Positions 14,121 to 27,612 of a DNA stretch of 64,000 nucleotides are shown here, one piece after another. The stretch spans positions 56,236,001 to 56,300,000 of the forward strand of contig NC_045697.1 of assembly GCF_009834535.1 (NCBI RefSeq), in the 5' to 3' direction. How positions within the stretch are numbered: position 1 is the first letter of the stretch; each line of letters begins with the position of its first letter. Position numbers and translations under genes: made by a program. The notes below the pieces were generated by a model. That model did not search any database and was not told the DNA's origin. It saw nothing but the letters and a program-made list of their open reading frames with translations. Source of the stretch: Camelus ferus (taxonomy: Eukaryota).

Positions 14121-16171
14121 TCTTTTAAAGATTCTTTTCTAGTATGGTTTATTACAGGATATTGAAAGTAGTTCCCAGTACTGTACAGCAGGACCTTGTT
14201 GTTTATCTGTTTTATGTATAGTAGATTATGCCTGCTAATCCCAAACTCCTAATTTATCCCTCCCCAACCCTTTTTCCTTTTGGTAACAGTAAGTTTGATT
14301 TCTGTGTCTATGAGTCTGTCTTTGTTTAATAAAAAAGTTCATTTGTATCATATTTGAGGTTCCACATGTAAGTGATATCATATGGTATTTATCTTTCTCC
14401 TTCTGACTTACCTCACTTAGTAGGATAATCTCTAGGTCCATCTGCAAATGGCATTATTAGATTCTTTTTATGACTGAGTAATATTCCATCATATATATAT
14501 ATACCACAGCTTCTTTGTCCAGTCATCTGTCAATGGACATTTAAGTTGCTTCCATGTCTTGACTATTGTAAATAGTGCTGCTATGAACATCGGTGTGCAT
14601 GCATCTTTTCGAATTAAAGTTTCCTCCAGATATATGCCAGGAGTGGGATTGCTGGATCATATGTTAAATCTGTTTTTAGTGTTTTAAGGAGCCTCTATAC
14701 TGTTCTCCATGTTGGCTGCATCAATTTACATTCCCAATGACAGTGTAGGAGGGTTTCCTTTTCTCCATACCCTCTCCAGCATTTGTTATTTGTAGCATTT
14801 TAATGATGGCTATTCTGACCTGTGTGAGGTGGTACCTCATTATAGATTTGATTTACATTTCTCTAATAATTTAGTGATGTTGAGAATCTTTTCATGTCCC
14901 TATTGGCCATCTGTATGTCTTCATTGGGGAAATGTTTATTTAGGTCTTCTGCCCATTTTTTTGATTGGGTTTGTTTGTTTTGTTATTGAGTTGTATGAAC
15001 TGTTTATATATTTTTGAAGTTAATCCCTTGTAGGTCTCACTGTTTGCAAATATTTTCTCCCTTTCTGTAGGTTGTCTTTTCATTTTGTTTATTGTTCGGT
15101 GCAAAAGGTTATAAGTTTGATTAGGTCCCATTTATTTTTGCTCTCATTTCTTTTGCCTTGGGAGACTGACATAAGAAAACTGCTAAGATTTATATCAGAA
15201 AATGTTTTGCCTCTGTTCACTTCTAGGAGTTTTATGATGTTATGTCTTATAGTTAGGTTTTTAAGTCATTTTGAGTCTATTTTTGTGTATGGTGTGAGGG
15301 AGTGTTCTAATTTCACTGATTTACACGCTGCTGTCCAGCTTTCCCAACACCACTTGCTGAAGAGACTGGCTTCTCCACTGCATATTCTTGCCTCCTTTGT
15401 TGAAGATTAATTGACCATAGGGGTGTGGGTTTACCTCTGGGCTCTCTAGTCTATTCCATTGATCCATATGTCTGTTTTAGTGCCATGCTCTTTTGATTAC
15501 TGTAGCTTTATAGTATTGTCTAAGATCTGGGAGGATTATGCCTCCAGTTTTGTTCCTTTTCTTCAGTATTGCTTTGGCAGCTTTGGGTCTTTTGTGATTC
15601 CATATAAATTTTAAGAATATTTGTTCTAGTTCTGTGAAAAATACCATCAATGATTTGATAGGGATCACATTAAATCTGTAGATTGCTTTGGATATTATGG
15701 CCATTTTAACAGTATTAATTCTTCCAATCCAATTCTTCCAGTCCATGGAGAATGAGGCTGCTATGGCGGGCCTGCCCCTTTCTTCTGGGTAGGTTAACAA
15801 TGGGGCTTCAATGGCAGACCTGGGCTCATTCGGGCTTTCTTCACACAACCATCATAAATGCATCAATGTTTTATAGTTCTCAGCGTATAAGTCTTTCATC
15901 AGTTTGGTCAGGTTTATTCCTAAGTATTTTTTATGTGATTTAAAAGGGATTTCTTTCTTTGTTTTTTTGACTTTCTTTTTCTGACATTTCATTGTTAGTG
16001 TGAAGAAATGCAACAGAGTTCTGTAAGTTAATCTTGTATCCTGCTACCTTGCTGAATTTGTTTATCAGCTCTGGAAGTTTTTGTGTGGAGTGCTTAAGGT
16101 TTTCTATACGTAGTATCATGTCATCTGCAAATAGTGACAGTTTTCTTCTTCCTTTCCTGGTGTATTAGGAT

Positions 16172-16247
16172 GCCTTTTATTTATTTTTCTTTTGCACGCC
16201 TTTTATTTATTTTTCTTTTGCACACCTTTTATTTATTTTTCTTTTTG
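16172..16247. repeat. three-copy 26-bp tandem repeat inside the L1
   Basis: gccttttatttatttttcttttgcac twice plus a degenerate third copy. Confidence 0.9.
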
Positions 16248-17924
16248 TAAATCTCTTTGGCTAGGATTTCTAATACTATGTTTAATATAAGTGGTGAGAG
16301 TGGGCATCCTTGTCTTGTTCCAGATTTTAGCAAGAAAGCTTTCAGCTTTTCATCATTGAGTATTATGTTGGCTGTGGGTTTGTCATAAATAACGCTTATT
16401 ATGTTGTGGTATGTTCTCTCTGTACCCACTTTGGTAATCAGAGTTTTTATCATAAATGGATGTTGAATTTTATCAAATGCTTTTTCTGCATTTATTGAGA
16501 TGATTGTGTGGTTTTTGTCTTGTCTTTTCATGTGGTGTATCATATTGATTGATTTACTTATGTTAAACCATCCTTGTGATGCTGGGATCAATGCAGCTTG
16601 ATTGTGGTGTGCAATCTTTTTTATGTGTTGTTGCATTCAGTTTGGTAATATTTTGTTGAGAATTTTTGCATTTATATTCATGAAAGATATTGACCTGTAA
16701 TTTTCTTTTTTGGTATTGTATTTTTCTGGTTTTCATGTTAGGGTGATGGTAGCTTCATAGAACGAGTTTGGGAGCATGCGCTGGAAGTTGAACAGGGTCT
16801 CCTTTTTGCTCCATGGCTGTTAAGGACTTTTTGAGGGTGGGGTCTGCTCCCCAGTTGTTGGCATAGAAGCCCTTAGATCCATTTCTTAACTGTAGTGTCA
16901 GGTATGCTGGATTGGAGTACTTCTGCCAGGAGAGGAGACACTAGGTATACCTCCGCAGGAACTGTCCACCAAGAAGTGCTCTCTGTGGTGGCACCTGTCA
17001 CCTGTTTTGTAGGCACACAAAGTATGCTCTTGTTGGCACCACCCTCAGACCCACCTCACCCATGGGAATGCAGGCAACTGGCCCAGATTTCCCTCAGGTG
17101 CTTTGCATATTTGTTGGTGCAGAACTGTTGAGGTCAGGCACCCGGACCTGTCATAGAAGCTACTGAATCAGCCCAGACCCCAACCAAGCCTCCACATGTG
17201 CTATTGCTGGACCTGCCCCAGCTATGGGAGCACCAATAATCCACTCAGATGTCCCAGAGGCACCGAGTTTACAAAGTTGAATAAATTCGTGGATCGCAGT
17301 CACTGGAATGGTTCAGATTTTAGCCCCACCTCTGCGTGTGGGCAGCCCACAGGTGCTTGCACTCTCCCAGAGCTATAGAGGTGGAGCCACGCCCGCTGTG
17401 AGCGCACGGAGAACAAGTCCGCTGCAGCGGGCCTGCCCCTTTCTTCTGGGTAGGTTAACAATGGGGCTTCAGTGGTAGACCTGGGCTCCTTCGGGGTGTC
17501 TCCGCACAACCAACCCCAGTCCTCCTCGCAGATCTACCCTCTGAAGCCAGAGTTCCAGCACCCCGCCGCTGCGTGCGCCTGCAGACATGCGTCTGGGGCT
17601 GGGGAGTTTAGGAAGGTGGCACAAACCCCCTGTGCTGGTCTCTCTCTGTTCTGCCTGCTGCAGGCCAGCTCCTACACTCTTCTCTGAGCCTGAGTCTCCC
17701 TTTCTGTCCCGGCTGATCTCCCTGCAGGTGGAGAACTTCCCAGGTGAAGGAATATTTCCTTTTCCACATCTCCCTCCCAGGGGCACAGGTCCCATCCCAG
17801 TTCCTTTTTTTTTCCCCCCTTTTTGTCCTACCTGGTTATATGTTGATTTTTCTTGCTATTTTGATTTTACAAGATACTCTGTCAGCATTCAGCAGGTATT
17901 CTGTGAGAAGTGTTCCACATGTAG

Positions 17925-18032
17925 TTTTCTTTTTTTTTTTTTTTTTTGATCATTGAAAAAATTTTATTTTCTAAAAGCAATTTGCATTATAGCCCCTAGA
18001 AACTGGAGTCTGGTATAAACATTTCATGACTT
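17925..18032 (-). pseudogene. short poly(A)-tailed retro-insertion nested in the L1 5'UTR
   Basis: polyT 17925-17947, minus-strand AATAAA at 17963-17968, flanks atgtag/acgtag; the L1 5'UTR resumes after it. Confidence 0.7.
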
Positions 18033-18912
18033 ACGTAGATGTATTTTTGATGCACTTGTAGGAGGAGGTAGGCTCCACTTCCTTCTATTCCACCATCTTG
18101 ATCCAATCGATGTCCTTAAATATGCATTTTGTATAACTTTGAGTTAATGTACCTAGAATATGTTATAATTGATGGCTAGCAAAAATGAAAATGCTTACTT
18201 TGATAGATATTTGGGATTATAACATGTGGTAACTGTGATTGAAATGTAAAAGAATGGTATTTTTTCAGAACTTTGTCCAAAATTATTTGTTTTCCTTTAT
18301 GGAAAGAAAAGGATGGTGATTTTAAGATATTTGGGATTATATTGCAAAAACAAATATGGTTTTCCCTTTTTTTTTCAATTACACGTAAAAAAATTTTTAA
18401 GCTACTATTTGCTTTTGGATAATCAATGTATGTAATGCAAAATATCTCAAAGAAAGTACCTATTTCTCATTCCAAAGTGATTGAAGCCACCGTTCTGTTA
18501 GCCAGACTTCATCAGGGAAGGATGGGCACTTCTGAACAGCCTCTGGGGTGCTTTGTAAGTCTTTGAAGTATCATTAGAAGGTATGTGGTGAGGAATAAGG
18601 TTTCACTGTTCATGCTCCAGGCATGAGTCAAAATGGGAGAGGAATTTTCTCTCTTGCATGAATACCCTTTTGAGATTGTATAAAGTTATACTTAAAGAAG
18701 CAAAGCACCGCTCTTATTTCAATTTTAAGAGAGAGGACAGAAGAGGAAAATGCAATGTAGGATTTATACTGATGAATTCTTTGCCACAGTTAGTCTTAGG
18801 TTCTTAAGGAATATTACACTCTTTTCTGAGATTACAAAGTGAACAAATTATTTGAGAATTTAATGGGGAAATCAATATATAGGTAACTTCATTCTGTCAA
18901 GAAAAGGTGTAA

Positions 18913-19092
18913 AAAATTTTAGAACAGTCTTAAATTCACAGCAAAATTGAGAGGAATGTACAGCCATGGCTCATATGCCCCCTGCTCCCACGCATGTGCA
19001 CCTGCCCCTCTTATAACATCCCTCGCCATAGTGATCCTTTTGTTACAAGTGATGAACCTACAATGACACATGATAATCACCGAACTCCATTC
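18913..19092 (-). mobile_element. L1MC/L1MD-like 3' end fragment
   Basis: tttagaacagtcttaaattcacagcaaaattgagagg...gatgaacctacaatgacacat. Confidence 0.75.
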
Positions 19093-21019
19093 TTTCCAAA
19101 TAGATATTTTTTTGCCTTATGCTTCTAAAAGCTATAGAAGGTAATTCATGCTAAGATATTAAGATCACTTTGACAGCTTGGTAGCTAATAGTTCTGTGGC
19201 CAGCATGGAAGAAGGGACACCAATTAGGATGTTATTACAGGATCCAGGAAGAGATTTTGCTGGGCTGGATGACAGTGGTAGCAAAGAAGGTGGCATGTCT
19301 TGAATGTTAAATTTTAAAATGGAGTCAGTATTCAATATAAGATTGAAGCATTTTCATTCCTTGAGCTACTAGAGGAGTTGAATTGATGGAAGAAATTGCC
19401 AGTCTTGTTCCTGTGGCTGTTACCCTATGCGGATTTGAAGGTAGTGGGTTTGAAGCACAATTATTTGAACTAAGATTAATATTTTTGTCCAAGAACATTA
19501 ATCCTTTTGTTTGAATGATGAATGCAGTGAGTGTAGTCTGGCAAGGAGAAGGTCACTGAGTACATGAAAAGCCCACCAATCAATGGAGGAAAAAAAGCTA
19601 AAATTTTAGATGGCACAACTAACTTTCTTTAAACTTGTAAGTCAAGACTAGACTACACAGATGATCTTTTTAGTGTGGTGAAGTGAAAATTGCTTGTAAT
19701 AAAAAATCATGAACCTCTACTTACCATATATTAATGTTTCATTTTTATGGCTAATTCTCTATGGAATAGCAAAAATTTTGGTCTGCAAAACAGCAATTTC
19801 AGATGCAGTTAACTTTCTTGATAATAAATTTACTTGTGAATATTCACAGTCTTTTTGGCATCATCACTACTCAGGAAGCTGTATGATCATTTAAATTTCT
19901 TCATAAAGCAGCAATATTTGAAGGCCTTTTGCTATTCATTATTTGTCTTAAGCTGACTTCTATCTGTGATTATCTACACTCTTCCACATTGATAAGTAAA
20001 TTGATTAGATAACATTTCCTGTTATCTAATATATTTTCTTATTCAATTATAAACTCTATAGCCACATACTGCATTAAAAGAAGAAAATCTAAACTATTCT
20101 GAACAATGTGTATATACATTTAAAATGTATATTTACCACAATTTAAATCATAAATCCAAACACTAAACTCTGAAGTGTTTAAAAATATTGATTTAAAGTT
20201 ACCACATCTTTAGTTTATCCATAGTCTATAAAAATATATATCCAAGATATGGACAAGGAAAATAAAACCATTTGTGAAGTAGGAAGAGAATCCAAGAGAA
20301 GTATTTTATTTATTAGAAGTATAGGATAAATGCTAAAATGTAGTAAGATTGAGAGCTGTATACAACTTCTCTGAAACCCATTGCTATTTGATGCTTGTTT
20401 TTCTGTATTTTAAGCCTTTGGGAGGAACAATACAAATACTCCTAAAAGTACTCAAGCAAAACGTTATCAGTAATTGGAGTGGCTATTTTCTTTTTCAGTA
20501 AATAATGAGGAGGTGGCCAATGAAGTAATATAGCAGAACTACCAAGAAAGAAGGTAAATACTGGCTACAGTGGCAAGAAAAACAAACCAAATAATGTATG
20601 TTCCTGATTCAGAATAAGAAAGTAAATATGATTATCGTGCACTAAGTATTTTAGCTAAACTCTTAAGAATTAAACCTGTGTGTGTAGTATTTCTAGACCT
20701 ATGGTAAAAATAACCAGAAAACAAGCAAAAACACAATGACAACAATAACAACAAAAACACAGTGGCTTTGAATGCTAACTCTGCAGAATTGACCCATCAC
20801 TTCATCAGTCTAAAATTAATTCCTCTCATTTGGAAAACTAAGACAATATATATGTCTCATGGCTATAAAAGAGATTGTCTCTCTAAGTCTTTAGTCAGTG
20901 TGCTGTGCACAGTAAGCATTCAGTAGAGCTTTGATTTCCTCTTTTCTACTGAGATTTTATGGGAACAAAATAAGATTATTCAAACAGAAGTTCCCAGTAT
21001 CTACAGTAATAATATTATA

Positions 21020-21245
21020 TTTAGCACTACTATATAATAGGCATTGGCTAGATTAGATGATATGATATCCTTAATCTTTGTAACAACTTAAAGACAGATA
21101 TTATCTTGATTTTAAAGAGATGAAAAGAGGTTCCGACTGGGTAACTAATTTTCCCTAAATTACTCAGTTCACACACGAGTGGCAGAACTGAAATTTAGGC
21201 TTGGGGGTGCTCTTCCAAAGCTAAAACACTTTTCACTATGTTATA
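21020..21245 (-). mobile_element. MIR SINE
   Basis: attttaaagagatgaaaagagg...gagtggcagaactgaaattt. Confidence 0.6.
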
Positions 21246-21511
21246 CATCCCCATCACTTGGTAGCAACATTAGTAAATCGTTATTTAAGCGTTCTGGTGA
21301 AGCATGAAAGGCTTCAAGTAAGAGTCAGCAACGCAGTTACTAAGTATTGTGTACTGTTCAAGTATAAACCAAAGCTTCAGAAAACCTGCATACATGCACG
21401 TGTCCTCCTCATCACCACCTCACCCCCACACACACCAAAACCCAAGAAACATAAACTTTTGTTAAGGGAAATAGGCTATTAAATGTTGGTCTCTCAAATG
21501 GAATTCCACTA

Positions 21512-22018
21512 TGTTATAGTTAGATTTGTCATGCTAGGGCTGAGTCCCAGCAGAATATTTTGCTTTTGCCAGATGGCTTCCTAACAGAGTCTACCAACTA
21601 GAGGCAATAGAGAGAGATTGGAAGAAGGGAAGTTAGCCTTCCTATTTGCTTGGTGTTCCAGGCATCGCTCCCCTGGTACTTGTTCTTTGTCTCCACAGCA
21701 GCAGTTGGTCTCAACCTCTAACTTCTGTAGGCATTTCCGGACCAGCCTCATCACACCCTTTCAGAGACCCTCCTCCAAACCACTGAGAGAGCAGCAGCCA
21801 GGCTTCTTCGTTCTGATATCCCCCAATTTTCTGTCTTTTTGATGTAGGGATGATAGCTGCTTTGGTAGCACCTACCAGTGGAATACCTTAATATTTCTTT
21901 TCATCTATTTCAGCATTACAACACCCAACACCCGTATAAACAACTCCCTTTGTTAAATTCCCTCTGTTGAAATATCTAGCATGGTTTCTGTTTTTCTAAT
22001 TGGACCCCAGTGAATACA
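21512..22018 (+). mobile_element. ERVL-type solo LTR (LTR33-like)
   Basis: ends ...ttaaattccctctgttgaaatatctagcatggtttctgtttttctaattggaccccagtgaataca; left boundary approximate. Confidence 0.65.
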
Positions 22019-23901
22019 GTTACAATAATTTGTGCAGATAAAATTCATTTACATTTTAGAAAAACCTAATCAGATTTGTAGAATTTAGATAAAAAGATCT
22101 ATACATGGATACACTTTTAAAAACTAATGAAAAACAGACACAACTATGAAGTACAACGTCTCAGTCTAGACAAGTTGAAAATAACTAGGGCAAGCCCCAG
22201 GGTACTGCAGCAGAATCTTCTCATCCACTACACCTGACATTTCAGATTTACTCTTCTAAAAAGCAAGTCACTGAGGTGTTTGAAGTTTCTAGCATTGTTC
22301 TTTGAAAAGAACTGTTGGAAAATATAGTTTGTTCAATAGGGACTTTAAAGCATTTCTAACTTCTGAACTTCACTGTATAAACGTTCATGATCTGGTGAAC
22401 TCAGTAGAGATCTGAGACTTGAGAGTTGTCACCCTAGTGTTAGGCAGTGACTGTGTGACTACAGACAAGTCACTTACCCTCCTCTGTGTCTCAGTTCTTC
22501 TCACCTTACAGGGCATTGCCAAATAACAGTGATTTCCTAGGTAATACAAGATGAATGTAACATTTCTTGTTGCCATCTCTAAGTAACAACATGATCGTGG
22601 TAGTCAAATTTAATTTTAATCTGCTTTATTGCTTCTAGAAATTCAGAATTTTTAAAAGTGCAACATATTATATATGTAGTATATAATAACTATTATTATT
22701 TGAATGGATGAGTATGTGTGAATATATACGTAAGCTATGCCCAGTTCCTACACACAGATAGGCTGACTGGTACACAGGGCAACGCTAATTTAAAGATTTG
22801 TATAGTCATCTCTGTAGTCAAGCTACATGGAAATGTTTACAAGATGAATGACATTAGACACTTTACTCGGGAATTTTTACTTAATCTATTTACCTATATA
22901 TTACATGGGATCATAATAGTGTTCTAACTCATGCAGTTATACAGGAGATTAAATGAGATAATCCATGTAAAATGCCTACCAGAGTAATGACACACCAGCA
23001 AAAGCTCTATAAATGTTAAAACTAAAAGATCATATGTCTGCAGTTAACACTGCAAAAAGATGTAACCAATAAGTTTAACTGAGTTGGCTAACCAGTAGGT
23101 TTTCTTGATTGTTACTTTATTTAGCCTAGACAATATTTCTGAATTGGAGACAGTTTTTTACCATGGTAGCTTGATTTTTCCAGATGTTCCAACTTCTTTT
23201 TTTTCTTAATATCTTTTGCAAAACCTTCTAAGTCAGTCTTTATGTGCAATCTACATTGTTCTTTTTAACACTTGTAGTGTGTTCCACAAAATGGATATAC
23301 CATGGTTACTCTTCTACGTCATGCAAATTGCCCTTTTTCTCCTCCTCCTCCTCCTCCATCCCTCCCTTTTTCCTTTCCTCCCTCCATCCCTTGCTTTTTT
23401 CCCTTCTTCTCTCCTATCTGTTTATTTTTCACTCATAAATAATGTTAGAGTAAGCATTACTTTATACATATGTTTACCTGATGATAAAGATAGATTTCTC
23501 TAGGTATGTACATTTGAAATTCAAGCTATGCCATAAGCTGACTTTTCAAAAGCTTGTGACTTTATAAGTAAGTCATGGAATCGTTGATTTTTTTCACACT
23601 CTTACTAAGATAAGATGTATTTAAATTATTTGTAGTCTTGCCAGTTAGATGAATGTTGCTTTAGCTTAACATGAAGCTAACCGCTTCCTTCATGTTTATT
23701 GGTCATTTGCATTTTTCTTCAATGAATTACACTACATCACTTGTTTTTATAATAGAGTATTAAATGTGCTGATAATATAAATAATATGGTAACTTAGAAT
23801 TATTAGAAAATCAATAAACAGGCATACTAACAAGCACTATCAATTTTCAAGTTATTAACTTTCTGTGAATCATACAGTGAATATATTTCTGATAGTTAAA
23901 T

Positions 23902-24366
23902 TGTGGAGAAATAAGTTTGGAAGCAGTAAGTCACTCACAGCAAAATGACATTTGGTTGAATAGTTCATATAGGCTTGGGCAGACAAAGGTAGAAACACCA
24001 GCCCTACATACTTCTACTCTGCTTCTACTCATACACAAGGCCACCCCCCTGATTCCTCTGAGCTTTCTTCCCAAACTACCGCCCCACCAAACACACCCAC
24101 AGAGATGGGCCACCAGAAATGGCTCCTGAGACCAGGCTTTACCTCTTCCTCTTCTTCTCCCTCTCTCTTTCCCTCTAGACATGAAAATCCTCCCCAAGGT
24201 GATACCCATCCCTCCCCCAAAGACATCCCCTGCTTTGCACATGTCTGAGTGAGTAATAAGCCTTTGAATTGTAATTACTAGATTTGGTGTGATGTGTTTT
24301 GACATCCAGTAGCTTTAAAAGGGAGGGATCTGCAGACGTAGCATTGGTCAGAGTTGGACTTTAACA
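23902..24366 (+). mobile_element. solo LTR, family uncertain
   Basis: TG...CA ends (tgtggag...ctttaaca), GC shift, gtaataag polyA-like motif, approximate TSD taaat/ttaat. Confidence 0.55.
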
Positions 24367-26012
24367 TTAATGAATCTCAAAAAAATAATATTGGACATAT
24401 ATATATTGAATTACCACAGAAGAGTCCATTTAATTGAAGTACATTTTTATATTATAAATTAATGGAAAATAAATTTGTATGTCTTTTGACAAGAATAGAG
24501 AATTCTACCCTGTGTTTGTTTTTAGATTTAGGAAAATTTTAATAAATTGTATAAAAACAGTAAATTCATATATTTTCATAATATTATTTTTCCTGCATAA
24601 TTATTACTAATATTCTGTAGACATAGTACTAAAGTTCAATACTTATCCAGATATCAGGCTTTCCTCTGGAAACTCCTCTTTTATCACAAGGATCCCCTCT
24701 TAGTGTATTACTCATATTTATTAAACAGACTTTTTAATGAATTAATGAGAGCCAGAGAATATCTTTGTTTTGTTTGATAACATCTTGCAAAATTTTAGTA
24801 ATATTTGTATTGATTATGTACAAACACTTCATGATGTTAATGGTAACATTTCTGAAATCAGAAATAATTATTTTCAGATAATTATTTAAAGAATTACTAA
24901 GAAACAAAGAACTCTTTGGTTTTAAATATCTGTGTAAATAAATATTACAGTAACACTCACAAAGACTTCATGAGAGAACATCTCATGGTATTAGTGATAT
25001 TTCCAAAAAGAAATATTCTTTTTGATATCTAGGAAGTAAGCAACTAGTACAACCTATTAGCATTGCAAAAAGATAAAGTATAATTAATACTATGGCTATA
25101 CACATGACAAACTCTCATAATGTAAGCATATTTTCTTTTTATAAACATCAAGGGCATTTATTTTATCTGAATCAGTTAAATACAGTTAATCTTAAACATT
25201 TGGCTGTCCCTTTGGTAAATGCAAACATAAAAGAAAATAGACTGAGTATAGCCATATTGTATACAGAATAAATGACGCTACTGAAAGTACTAAAATAAAT
25301 CAGGATCGTTTTTGAAAAAGATCATGAATCACCAGTTCAAACTGCTAAGAAGACAAGTTAAAATACCCTGTTACCTGACTTTATGGTTACTTAATCATTG
25401 ATTCGTATACATTTTCTTCCTATCTAGAATGCTTTTATGTCACTTAATGTCAGCATCTTGTAATTCTGCCTAGATTTAGGAAGGAATTTTCAACCAGCCC
25501 TTGCAAGATAAGAACTCTCCGACTATCAAGAACTTTAAACAGCGATTATGTCCTTTAGGAAAAAAAAACTTTTCTGTGTTGAACAAAGATTGTGTACCAT
25601 TTATCTTAGAAATTAGGCACAAATACAACATGCATTGACTAACCTAAATTCTTGTACAAGAAATCTAAGCAATAAAACAATGCTAAATATCTAGATCTCC
25701 CTTAAAAATGTAAAGCAGTTTTTACATAGCTGAATGTATTAAGGTATTGGAAGTGTCCCTGCCTCTTCTTAGGACTCAGCTGGTGTAATAAGTACTGCCA
25801 GTGGTTAAGCATGCGGTCTCTGAACCCAGGTTACCTGGGTTTGACCTATGCCAGCACTATTTGTCACCTCTCTCTGCCTTAGTATTCCTGTCTGTAAAAC
25901 AGATGGTGACAGGGTCTATCTCATCATGTCGTTGTGAGATTTATAAAAATTAGTATATGTCAGGGTTTAGTATATTTTGATGAGTTCAATATACAGAGTT
26001 ATACAAGCTGTA

Positions 26013-26349
26013 CAGTTGGCCCTCCTTATCCGTGGGTTCCGCAGCCATGGATTCAACCAACTGCAGATGAAAAAATATTTGGAAAAAAATCCAGAAAGTT
26101 CCAAAGAGCAGAACTTGTGCTGACAAATATTTACTAGTGTTTGCATTGTATTAACAACCACTTACTTAGCATTACATTGTATTATGTATTACAAGTACTC
26201 TAGAGATGATTTAAAGTTTACGGGATGATATCCATAGGTTACATACAAATACTACACCATTTTATATAAGAGACTTGAGCATCCATGGATTTTGGTATCC
26301 ATAGGGGGGTCCTTGGAATCAATCCTCTACAGATACCTGGGGACAACTG
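26013..26349. mobile_element. Tigger3a/MER2-like TcMar DNA transposon, inserted in a MIR (about 25790-26370)
   Basis: TA|cagttggccctcc...gggacaactg|TA terminal inverted repeats with TA duplication. Confidence 0.88.
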
Positions 26350-26685
26350 TATATGAATATTAGCTGTTATAGCCATATTTAGATAGAAGCCTTCTCAACT
26401 CTTCTCTTTTATTTCCCTTTTCCTCCTCAACTAGAATTTTGAGTTTCACTGTTTTCATAATTACATGTTATTATATAAACTCTTGTAGTTATAACTTACC
26501 TTTAATTTTCTTCCTTTTTATTCTTTACTCATTTTGCTGCTATTCTTGTTTTTGATTTATTTTTTCTTTTTGGTAAAACTGCTAGCCATCTTGTAGCTAA
26601 CTCCAAAAATTAGTTTTCAGTTCCCATCCTGCTTGCTTGCTTGATATCTCTGTGGAATACATCTCTGCCATTGGCCTCCAGACCT

Positions 26686-27612
26686 TTTTTTTTAATTGAA
26701 GCATAGTCAGTTTACAATGTTATGTCAATGTTTGGTGTACAGCATAATGTTTCAGTCATACATACACATACATATATTCCTTTTCATATTCTTTTTCACT
26801 ATAGGTTACTACAAGATATTGAATATAGTTCTTTAGACTATACAGTAGAAACTTGTTGTTTATCTGTTTTTTATATAGTAGTTAGTATCTGCAAATCTTG
26901 AACTCTCAATTTATCCCTTCCCACCCCTTTTCCCCCCAGTAACCATAAGTTTGTTTTCTGTGTCTGTGAGTCTGTTTCTGTTTTGTAAGTAAGTTCATTT
27001 GTGTCTTTTTTTTTTTTTTTTAGATTCCATATGTAAGTAATATCATACAGTATTTTTCTTTCTCTTTCTGGTGTACTTCAGTTAGAATTATAATCCCCAG
27101 GTCCATTCATGTTGCTGCAAATGGCATTATTCTATTCTTTTTTATGGCTGAGTAGTATTCTATTGTATAAATATACCACAGCTTCTTTATCCAGTCATCT
27201 GTCAATGGACATTTAGGTTGCTTCCATGTCTTGGCTATTGTACGTAGTGCTGCTATGAACATTGAGGTGCATATATCTTTTTGAATTAGAGTTCCCTCCA
27301 GATATATGTCCAGGAGTGGGATTGTTGAATCATATGGTAAGTCTATTTTTAGTTTTTAGAGGAGTCTCCATACGATTTTCCATAACAGGCTGTACCAAAC
27401 TACTTTCCTACCAACAGTGTAAGAGGATTCCCTTTTCTCTTCAGCCTCTCCAGCATTTATTGCCTGTGGACTTTTAAATGATGGCCATTCTGACTGATGT
27501 GAGGTGATGCCTCATTGTAGTTTTGATTTGCATTTCTCGGATAATTAGCAATATTGAGCATTTTTTCATGTGCTATTTGTGTGTCTTCATTGGAGAATTG
27601 CTTGTTTAGGTT
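26686..27612 (-). mobile_element. 5'-truncated L1 (3'UTR and ORF2 end)
   Basis: similar to 13975-14940; TSD agacct at 26680 and 27613. Confidence 0.92.

Larger units (their letters stand above)
13975..18105 (-). mobile_element. L1 LINE with both ends but ORF1 and ORF2 endonuclease region missing; decayed ORF2 RT/C-terminus
   Basis: polyT at 13975 and 3'UTR; minus-strand ORF2 fragments ([63 protein letters not shown]); GC-rich 5'UTR 16778-18100 starting with caagatggtggaatag on the minus strand. Confidence 0.93.

Noticed and set aside
16229..16636. Reverse-transcriptase-like ORF as part of a novel system
   Set aside because: It is an ordinary decayed L1 ORF2 fragment with frameshifts
17300..17800. 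CpG-island promoter of a separate gene
   Set aside because: The GC-rich stretch is the L1 5'UTR
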